This document shows, in pieces, positions 53,200-64,000 of a stretch of 64,000 bases of DNA. The position numbers were made by a program, and so were the translations under genes. The DNA is from the human T2T-CHM13v2.0 reference genome, Homo sapiens: assembly GCF_009914755.1 (NCBI RefSeq), contig NC_060929.1; one strand, 5' to 3'. How positions within the stretch are numbered: position 1 is the first letter of the stretch; each line of letters starts with the position of its first letter. The notes below the pieces were generated by a model that ran no database searches, was not told where the DNA came from, and saw nothing but the letters and a program-made list of their open reading frames with translations.

Positions 53200-54959
53200 T
53201 AAAAGTAGATTTTTTTTTTTTACGGTAAAATATTGTGTTCTAGAGTGAATTTGGGAGCTGGAAGTTGTTTAGCCAGGACTTTGAGTCTTGCCAGGTGTAA
53301 CTCTGTTTCACATTCTGAAGATAATAGGAATGGCTGTTACAAATGTGTGATCAGTGATGCATCTAGAATCTTCAGCTGTTAAAGGCAGCCTGGTGGAGAA
53401 ATGGGTGCTGGAAGTTCTGGGCCAAAGTCAGCATAGAATAGAAAATATTTTAATATTTCTCTTTCCATTGAGATACGTATTACATGTTGTTGACAATATT
53501 ATATTGAGATATATGCATCAAAATACAATGATCTTATAATAGAGATTAGGGTTTGTTATTTTCATATACATTCTATAATTTGATCCATGTAGAACAAATA
53601 ATATTAATTTTATTTGTTCAATGACAAAATTCAATAAAGCCCAGAGAACATTGCTAGAAAATGATGCTACTTACAGCAAGTGACAAGTCAAAGAAGTTAC
53701 ACATTCCTGCTCTTCAAAGTAATGCCTGTCTGTCACTTGTCAATTATCAGAGGTTTGAGGGAGAAAGTAAAGGGATCCAACATCCTTTTTATAAGGGGAA
53801 CAGTCTCCTCTGTTTTCCTCCCCAAGACACGATCTTTCTAGAAATGCAATCTTACAGAGTAAACATTTGAGAGAAATTATCTTTCATATCATTCCACCTG
53901 AAATATAAGAAATTAGATTAGCCTGCTTTTCTGATATCATGAATGCTACTGATCTTATGTTATACAAACAGAAATATCTCCTATTGAATGGTCTCATTAA
54001 AATTTGCTGACTATAAGCACATCAATCTTTTTTTTTCCCCATGACCCTTGGGTGGGGGCTGAGGAAGACTTGTGAGTCTGGCCCTTCAACTGTTCTTCCA
54101 GGGACTTCCCTGTGTCTGCTGAATAGGCACAAGTCCTGGGAAAGTGATGCACCATCACAGAAAGGACAGAGTTTTTCCAAAGCCAGAGGAATGGCTGCCA
54201 ATAAGAGCAGCAACTTAGGGGAGATCCCAGGGCAAACAGATGCACAGTGACTCAAGGGCTGACTGAGACCCAAGGGGTTTCTCCCCAGCTGAACATGTTC
54301 TCAGGAATTCAAGAGGTCAAATCATCATGTCTTAATTTGACACAACACCATGTCTTTAATGAGAAGTAGAGAGTTAAACAAAAACTCACCCATACCATTT
54401 GGCCTTCTACCTCTAACCCAGGAGAAGGTCCCATTTAACCTTTCTAAAGGCACAATTGTTATTCACGAAGCATCGTTTTCATCTAAATTCTTGATGGTGA
54501 CTAAAGCAAAGATGAGTAATGCATGCAAATCCATTTCTGTAAAGTGCTATACAAAGTTTATTATTTTTCTTGATTTAACTACTTTAAAAATAAAACAGAA
54601 AACATAACCAATGCTTTCCTAAGTACACAAGCACATGAGGTCATGCTTCCACTCCTTATTGTGGTTAGACGTGCGGAAGGGGGAGATGAGGACACAAAGG
54701 AGAAGAGGAAAGAGTCAACAATAAGCAAATAATAAGAGAGTAAAAATTTTTATATGCATGCAAAATGAGGTCACGTCTTGCCTTTCCTTTAGGCTTCAAA
54801 TTTTATTAAGTCTTCAAACGATTTGTTAATCTAACTCTTATATTTTAAGATATTCTTCTTATTATATAATGAGAAAAGTCTAGCAGAGTGAATATTATTC
54901 TCTGAGATGGAAGAGCTTACAGAAGAGCTGTACACCTCTCAGGGGCCATGTGACGTTAA

Positions 54960-55132
54960 AGGGTTAACTTCATGGTCTCACGACTCATAGCCACACAGGA
55001 CCCCATGCTTGGGAGGGCCCACACTTGGTTTGATGTTCTGTTGTCTCAGTCTTTCCATTCTTAATAATTCATGAACCAGGTGTCCTGCATTTTCACTTGG
55101 ACTGGGCACCGCAGATTATGCAGCTGGTCCTG
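54960..55132 (+). mobile_element. MER91A-like (hAT-Tip100) MITE
   Basis: cacacaggaccccatgcttgggagggcccacacttggtttgatg...ctgcattttcac...gcagattatgcagctggtcctg. Flanks gacgttaa / gacatcaa look like a decayed 8-bp TSD. Confidence 0.75.
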
Positions 55133-55832
55133 GACATCAAGCTAAGCCCTAGGCTACAGCCTCGATAGCCTCATTTAACAAAAACTGTGTGAATGTGTAT
55201 GTGTGTGTGCTCTGCAATCTTCGAAAACAGTATTAGAATCATTTCTAAAAAGGATATTTATATTTAGAAATTATAACCTTCTCAATGTACCTGATTCTTC
55301 TTGGAAGTATTTCATATCATTCTTAATCAAAATATTTTCTCTTCATCTAATTTTTACTGGGTAAAATGAAAATACATGAGAAAAATATGTAAATGAAAAA
55401 CCAATTATTTTTTATTATCAGTAATTCTGAATGGCAGATAGAAATAAGTGAATAGGGATACATCTAGAATTTTCAGCTCTTAGGGCACCTGGAGGAGGAA
55501 TATCTGAATATTCCCTCAGGAATATTCACAGGTCCTGGTCTGAAGTAAGAAGAGCATCAGTAATTTAAAGATTTCCTTACATTTATCACCTAAATCAACT
55601 AACATTTTACCTCAACGTCTGTCCCCAAACCAGTTTTCTTGCTCCCAATTCCCATGTTTATTTCTTGGTCTTCCATGTTTTAATTTCTCACTATGAGAAT
55701 TGTTCATCATGGAAATGTTTGCATTCCCTTACTCACTTGGCCTTTGCTGGTAGTCTGGACTTAAGCAACTGTGTACTCATCTTCTCAGAGATTAATTTTG
55801 ATATTCCAAGCATTTTTTAGTTTCAAATCAAT

Positions 55833-56413
55833 TGGGATGAGTTGAATTGTGTCCTGCCCTTCAAAAATTAGATATGTTGGGCTAGACACGTGCTGTAGTT
55901 CCAGCTACTCAGGAGGCTGAGCCCAGAAGTTCAAGGCTGCAGTGTGCTATGATGGGATCTGTGAATAGCCACTGTGCTCCATCCTGGGCGACTAGCAAGA
56001 CCCTGTCTCTGGCAAAAATGAAAAAATAGATATGTTGGAATCCTAAATCTCAGTACCTCAGAATGTAGCCTTATTTGCAGATATGGTCTTTACAGAGGTA
56101 ATCAATTTAAAATGAGGTCTTTAGAATGGGCTGTACTCCAATATGACTGCTGTATTTATAAAAGGGGGATGTTTGAACACAGAGACAGACACGCAGAGGG
56201 ACAATGAAGAAACACAAAGAGAAGATGGCTGTCTATAAGTCAAAGTGAGAGTTCTGGACCGGATTCTTCCCTCAGAGCCCTCGAAAGTAACCAATCCCAC
56301 CAGCAACTTGATTTTGGACTTCTCATCTCCAGAACTGTGAGACAATTAATTTCTGTTCTTTAAGTCACCCAGTTTGTGATACTTTGTTACAACAGACCCA
56401 GCAAGCTAATGTA
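55833..56413 (+). mobile_element. MLT1B-like MaLR solo LTR interrupted by a FAM
   Basis: gttgaattgtgtcc...cagtacctcagaatgt...ggacttctcatctccagaactgtgagacaattaatttctgtt...gcaagctaatgta. Confidence 0.88.
55880..56020 (+). mobile_element. FAM (fossil Alu monomer) with internal deletions
   Basis: Diagnostic ctatgat...ctgtgaatagccactg segment. 17-bp TSD aaaaa(t/a)tagatatgttg at 55863-55879 and 56021-56037. Confidence 0.85.
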
Positions 56414-59259
56414 TCAAACATATTAAAAATCTTTAAGGCATACTCTTGTGGTATCCTAAGGTGATGGTTCTTAATTATGACATCTCAACACACTGGTGTG
56501 TGAGAGCAGTGTGGGAGGTTTATTATACATCATTGTTCTCACTATTAATAGTTACAGTAAGAATATACCTTTTAAGACTTTTTTGTCTTATGTACAGGAA
56601 TTGGTTAAGATTCTCTCCATAATAAAATGCATGACTCTCATTCATTTAAATTTTGATATGTTTCCTTGAAATTCATAAAATAGAAAGATAGCTAACGTGC
56701 TTGGGACAAACCACCCTGGTTAGGCCTAGTAAAATGTTTTTAGCACATGTGATTGCCATCTGTCCTGTGGGGCTGGGAAAAATATTTGCAACTGCTCTCC
56801 ATAAGACCAACTATTAAACTCTAACCGCTCTCACAATAGACCCATTTTGAAAGAAGCTGCCTCACCTGCAATTCTATTTTCTAAATGATTTGTATGTTAG
56901 TCAGGACATTATTTCCCTCTTCCGTACTATCATTATGGAATTTGCACCAACACAGCTATATCTACTTGATTTTTACTAGGATGCAATAGTCAAAAAAGGA
57001 GACACTTATCCCAACCATTACTACATAACCATATTAGATTTATTTTTACTAAATTAACAAACTCAGAATCATAAAACTGGTGGTCAGACACCACCCTTTA
57101 TTGTTATGTTTCCAAATGCAATAGATATCATTTTTGTCAAAATAATTAATGAACATAAAATTTTATATTTTCTCCAGGTTGATGTTGAATCACTGATAAT
57201 TACTGAGATTAATCATAGCTAAATATTTAGGAACTTATCTGATTTTCAAAGGTACTTACTAGTGACATTTATGTAAATGGTAGAAAACTAAGCAAAAGTA
57301 TTTCAAAGGGGGCTCTCTCCAAACGACAGTCTCTAATATAGCTTCATTACTCTTGTCTGGTGCGGAAGGTATTCCTTAGAGTTATTTTAAACAATCATTT
57401 TGCAACATCTTTTGACTTAAGACTCACATTCATAGTAACATGCAATGTTCTGAATACTCAGCACTTTTTAGTCTTTTCATCATTTTTGCAGAATACTGAA
57501 TAAAAAATTGTTTCATAAAAATCTTTTACTTCAAGTATAAAACTAAAAATTATTTTAATTTTTGAATTAAAAAATATTATTTGAAGTAAAAATTGAATTT
57601 TACTTCAATGTACTTTTCAGTAACATTCATATTATATAAAAAAAATTGCAACTTTCCACATTGATCCTATAAAGGCACATAACTTAATTTTTTTGAAATT
57701 ATTTCATAAAAGGTAAATTTCAGACAAACTTTTAATGACCATGTATGTTGGTTTAGTGACAGTTTATATAAAAATGTTAAATGTTAACATGTTTTAGCAA
57801 TCAAAATTATACTAAACTGCTTTTGTAACAATATAAACTCTGATGTTTTTTAATTTTAGAAGCTTATATTGATGTCTTATATTTTCTAAAATGCTATGTG
57901 AGAGAGAAGGTTTTAAACTGTGAATGCAAACATTTCTTTACCAGTATCCCACTTTGATGTATCTACTCTTTATTGCCAATAAATGAAAACCCAGATTAGA
58001 TATAATAATGTATTTTGCCTTTAAAAATCGTTATTTTTCGGAAGTTGTAAAACCATCTTATTATTATGCAAAATATTTTTTATTAAAGGAATACAACCTA
58101 TAGATCAGGCAAAGATCACTGAGGCAAATGTGTAGAATTGTTATTGTTTATATGTTTGTCCTTAACATTCATATTCCAAGGTCAATGTTCCTGGTGCTTC
58201 CTGTCGTTCAGCGATGGTCAATTATAAGTTTAAATTAAACAATTGGTGACTATAAGGCAAGAGCATTTAGAGCTGTATGATTGGAGATGGAAGAAAAGGT
58301 GTTCAGATGAGTCATGGTTATACTCACCAGAGCTCTCCTGCCATCTTACCCTATTAAGTAGGTTACTGAAGGCTCTCATGTTGTTCTGTGTTAAAGAAAA
58401 TAAATATTAAAATAATCTTAGTTACTGTAAGATTGGATTAAGACGGCTATCTTGGTGTACATGTATGTGTACCCCCCTCCTCCTCGGATGCCTTGAAATG
58501 AGAAAAGTTATCTATATTTTTAAAAGGAAACGAACTGTTGAAAAAGGAATCTTCCTAGCAAACTGGAAGCCTTAAGAAGTTCCTGAAGTATAGAAGTCAA
58601 ATAGAATTGGAATGACAGAGACACAAGACTAGAGGGCATCATCGCCCAAAACGCATACAGGAGATGACTGGCAAGCTGCTTTGGGGGGTGATCAGAATTG
58701 AAAATCAACCAGTATAAAGAGCAGGAGGGTTTTTCAGGGGCACTAGAAAAGGGTTAGCATCTGTGTGAGTCCTTGCAGAAGCAGTAGAATGTTTCCCTGT
58801 ATTGAAATGGTGACCATGAGCACAGAAAATAGATCAGTGCTATAGGTAGCCAGTGATCCCAGGAAGAAATGATGCTGCCATAGCCTGAAGATGGGTCCTC
58901 AGAATATCCCAACAAGATCAGCAAGGCCACCTACCATCACCAGAGGCAAGGTCTGTAATCTGCTAGCCCTCACTGATGGACGAACAGAGCTTCTTAGATA
59001 CCAACATGAAATAGCTGATGGGATTGTATCATCTTTAAAGCAGGAGATAATGGATAGTATCCAAAACTGATAAAGCAAAACCAGAGCCAAAAGCATATTA
59101 TTGAAACTTGTGGTAATGAGAGCTAGGATAACTAAGTAGTCAATGACAGCAGGTGAGTCAGGAGATGGTTGCTTTTTATTCTATGAAGTTTGATCTTTGT
59201 TTTTGTTTCTCTTCTTGTTTTACAACATACATTATAGAAAACTAGTAAATTATTAGTAA

Positions 59260-60160
59260 GATAATTCTTTGATCTTGATGCCTATATTAAAAAATTCAAT
59301 AAAAGTATTTTCACTGCAATAGCTGCACAATTTCCAAATATCTTAAAGAGGATTTTACAAAAAGTAGATGGACATATAACAACAACCACAGTACTTAGCA
59401 AGAAAGCAGATTTGAATACATTAGGAAACAATCCACATTACTACATGGGAATAAGCAATAACACAAATGTTAGTTTTTCCAAGATTAATCTTAAAAATTC
59501 ACAAAAATTCCATGAAGATTTAAAAAACTGAAACCTGAGAAGGTTGTTCTTGAGTTTATCTGATAGATAGGTGGAAGAATAGCTAACTGTTTTTCCCCCA
59601 AAGGAACACAGAAAAGAACTTTCCCTACAGTGGACAAAATATAGATAAACTTGTAGAAATTATGAGAGTGATAATGACACAAAAATAGATAATAAGATCA
59701 ATGGAATGGATTCCCATGACAGGCCTAAGTATGGTTATGACTTATATGATCAAAGAAGCATTTCTTCCCAATAGAGAAAAGAACCATTCTATAAATCATG
59801 CTGGGGCAATGGGCGCTCTATTGTTTAAAAAAAAATAAAAAATAAAAAACAAATTTCACTTCATGCCATACATAAATGTTTTATATTACATAGGAAACAA
59901 AAACTACTTTTACAAATAAAACTATAAAATATTAGAATACAACACGAGAATTCTTCTTTATTACTGGTTTTTGGGGGATAGGGACATAAATCACAAATAT
60001 CAAAAAGAAAAACATGAAGCTGTGAACATATGCTTATGTTAAGGAAAAGGAATAAGATTAGGGTGGGAGATTACACACGCATATTCCATACATACATATT
60101 TTTGTAGTATTTGAATCTTTTACAACCATAATAAGTTTATTTATTAACTATGTTTTTATT
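59260..60160 (+). mobile_element. Highly decayed L1M(E) ORF2/3' remnant
   Basis: aaaaatagataataagatcaatggaa, ataaatcatgctggggcaatgg, cacttcatgccatacataaa, aaaactataaaatattagaa. Boundaries approximate. Confidence 0.6.
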
Positions 60161-60524
60161 AAATATAGAACCAGCAAAAACTCACAACTAGGAACACCTC
60201 ACACTTGTCTGTATGAATACCTGGACCACACTTGAGAATCCTGATTGACAATCATTGTGTTAAGCCAGCTAAATTCCCTGCAGCAATGGGATGAGCCCTG
60301 CTCCCTGGGTAAGGCCGGTGTGGATGAAGAAGTGGTCAGAGGCTGCATAGGCTATAGTTTAACCTTGAATCACTTTATTACACATATAATGCAGAAAAGT
60401 CATCAGAAATTTGCTTGACCTAAGTAGCAAGATAGTTTTGCGAGGAAATTTTTTGTTTACTGGCATTACAGTCACATGGAATTTGAAAGTTGGTAAATTT
60501 ATCTTTGGCTCTTTTCAGCTTCTT

Positions 60525-60571
60525 CTATTTTTTTTATTTCTCTTTCTCTCTTTTTTTTTTTTTTTTTTTTT
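60525..60571. repeat. T-rich / poly-T tract
   Basis: Seen directly. Confidence 0.9.
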
Positions 60572-61669
60572 GGAAACTTTCTTCATCCAGAATGTTCTTT
60601 CTTTACAATTTCTGAATCTTCGTTGCCCCTGTAATATTGTGACTCCTCACAACCCACAGATGACTTCAACCCAATTCTGCTTTACCTGAAGATTTCAACT
60701 TTTCCAGTCAACATTCCCTTTTTACTAGTTCTGTCTGTTCTTACTATTTTATTAAAATCTTATCTAATTGAAATATTGATAAGATGTGAAAATGGTCGCA
60801 TCACCCAGTGACATTTGCATTAAAAAAGGCGTGTGTTACCCCCAGTACAATCTATAATTAATGGGCTGTGTGGCCAACTCTTGTCAAACAATGTTTCTTA
60901 TTTTTCCCCCTTTTTGTCATAACAACCACAGAAAAAAATTGTCAGCACTGTTCCAACGGGCTTCTGAAAGGCCCACAACCAAGCATGCTAACTATACAGG
61001 AAGCACTTGACTGAGAGCTTAAATATTACCGTGATGACTTCACAGGGAAAAAGTGAGATTAAATTGAGTTCCATGTCATTGCTTTTTGGTCCTTTGTGAC
61101 CACCCAGATGTTTGAAAACTGATCATCACTGATCAATTTTCATAGATCAAATGTTTCAACATTTGGTCTAGCAATTCTTTAGAAATCCAAGGTATGCTGA
61201 CAAAATCTAGTTTGCTGAATTGGTTTTCCTCTCATCTGAAATGCCTTAACATGATCTTTTATATTGAGAAAAAGTGCTGTAGTTTGTTGAAACTCCAAAT
61301 AAAACTGCGCCTTTTTTTGATATTCCTGTTCCATTCTAGGTTCCTGGTGGGAAGAGTCACATCTCATCTCAGTAGCTTTCCTTTTGTAGGGTGCTGCATC
61401 CTTCTCAAAATGGGTACATTTTCCTTGTTTGACTAGATACTGATTGTGTCCATCTTACTGACCAATTGCTGAATATTCACTTTCCCCAGAACATGGAACC
61501 TCAGCACAGCTTTTTCTCCGTCCTGCCTTTAGTTCTGGGGAGGGCTAACAATAATACATGTAAAATTCTTAGCTCACTGTCTGAAACATAACAGATGCTA
61601 AAAGATGAGTGACAGTTATTGATTCTTACTGTTCATTTTCATGCCATAATCACCACTGAAACAGCCCTT

Positions 61670-61890
61670 ATAACGACAGTAAACATATACAGCATGTTTA
61701 TAAAATGACACAACACTGCTAAGCATGTTCAAGGGGCTTAGCTTGTGACATAGATAGTACCTTAGGTTTCTCATTTCACATGTCAGAAAACTGAAGCTTT
61801 GAGAAGTTAAATAACTTATTCAAGTTCACACTGGAAGAGCTGGGATGGAAGCCAATGGTCTGCCTCCAAGCATGGACTCCACAGCATGGA
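61670..61890 (-). mobile_element. MIR SINE
   Basis: tctcatttcacatgtcagaaaactgaagctttgagaagttaaataacttattcaagttcacac...agagctgggatggaagcc. Confidence 0.75.
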
Positions 61891-63097
61891 ATAAAATGAA
61901 GACTCCTATTATTAGCATGATGTCATTATGGTGAGGAAGGATAGAAAGCATCAGTAAAGGAGCTTAGTGTGGAACTAATTTCTCTATAAAGCATGACATT
62001 CTCTATTTGCCTTTTTCTATTTATTGTTATCAGCACTTGCCATAAAGCTGTATTTTATCTTCAATGTATCTCCTTTTCTGTTGTCTATGATTAGGAATTT
62101 TCTTAGTTTTTAAGAGTCAGAACTCAGTTTTGGGAGAGATTGGGAATTAAATAAATGAGAAATGATTTACTAGGGTCACTTGCAATGGATCACCTTTCCA
62201 TAGTCTTCAAAATCACTGGTCATGTCTACTAAGAATCAAATGCAGCCTATAGACTTTCATTGCGGCCTAGATTTAGCTCCTTCTCCCCTGCTGAACTCCT
62301 TTCAATTTCCCCACTTGAAGTCATTGGTCTCATCTCTTCAACCTGATTTTTTTTTTCTGCTCAATCAGGTGCTGAATAGCTGTCTAGAAAGCCATTATCA
62401 GAGGCTTTCTCCCTCCTGCCAAGAAAAGCCTTCAATAGCAAAAAGTTCACATTGCTTCAGATTGCATGCATGCGTGACATCCATAAATCATATAGAAATA
62501 ATTTGGAAACATGGCTGAGAGATGGTGCAGTGGTGGTACAACACCTTTATGAAGACTATAACATGACCACCCAAGAAAGTTATTTATTCTTGTTACTACA
62601 ACTACAAGATAATATTTTTTCTGGCTTTTACAAAGTGTATCAGATGACAGGAGGAAGCCTAAGTAAAATGCTGATAACAACTGCTACACTTTTTCTCTAG
62701 CATTTATTTACTAAATCATAGATGTTCAAAATAAAAAGGATCTTGAAGGCTCGATTTGCGCATCTCCTTGTCTTAAGCATTTGTCTCCCTTAAAATAATT
62801 CCACGACCTCTTTCATTTATCTATGTCAGTATTTATTACAGGGATTACTATCACTTTTCATTAAGAAATGTCAGTCACTATTCTAAATATACTTTAAACA
62901 GTAAACACTGCATTTCCTTTCTACTCCAACCTATAAAAAAACCAGAATCTCAGTTTGTTTGGTTTTGTTACTGTGGACTTATCAGAAGATGATAGCATCT
63001 GTTATTGTCCTGGAGCAAAAATTTAATACTACACTGTCTGCAGGGCTTGACACCAATCGGAAAATTACTTTGGAGAAAATGTGAAGTAGGAGGAACA

Positions 63098-63762
<665 letters not shown>

Positions 63763-64000
63763 TGAGTATATTATCTGACAACAAATGTAAAATTAATTAA
63801 GCTGTGCTTAACATGATCCTATTCCCTTCATCTGTACAGTGAAAAGGCTGGCATAGAAGCTGTCTGAATCTATGAAATCAAAAAAGGATCAAAGTAGAGA
63901 CACAAATTCCTCTGAACTTGAAATTGAAATGAGTGTGTTGCCAGCATCTATTCATCCGCCTAAAACCAAGTAAATCATTTCAGAAGAAGTTTTCAGCAGT

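Noticed and set aside
55505-55528. 10-bp-arm hairpin tgaatattcc-ctca-ggaatattca (similar one at 42723-42747)
   Set aside because: Isolated, AT-rich and within chance expectation when loop length is free.
57160-57257. Plus-strand acceptor ttttctccag with downstream gtactt
   Set aside because: Weak donor and no coding signal; typical pseudo-exon.

Overview
This is mammalian nuclear DNA, primate and most likely human (AluJ/S/Y-type SINEs, a FAM, L1PA7-like LINE). It is AT-rich, CpG-poor, and looks intergenic or deep-intronic. I cannot support any host protein-coding gene, RNA gene or CpG island, and I could not identify the locus. The only protein-like ORFs are broken ORF1/ORF2 pieces of a 5.6-kb, 5'-truncated minus-strand L1 (18584-24153, 12-bp TSD). 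The rest is a typical interspersed-repeat landscape: Alus, MIR, L2, MaLR/ERVL solo LTRs, Tigger3b and MER DNA transposons, and STRs. Repeat family names come from recalled consensus sequences and need a RepeatMasker/Dfam check. I found no new enzymatic or biological 'system'. The most unusual signals are (i) three inversion or inverted-duplication scars within 39.8-43.3 kb, around a unique segment carrying two RFX X-box palindromes; (ii) a probable short L1 3' transduction; (iii) three decayed copies of a local non-TE unit at 46.9-49.6 kb; (iv) compact motif clusters (NF-kB + ETS-IRF inside an L2, four tandem nuclear-receptor half-sites); and (v) two abutting 13-bp palindromes.
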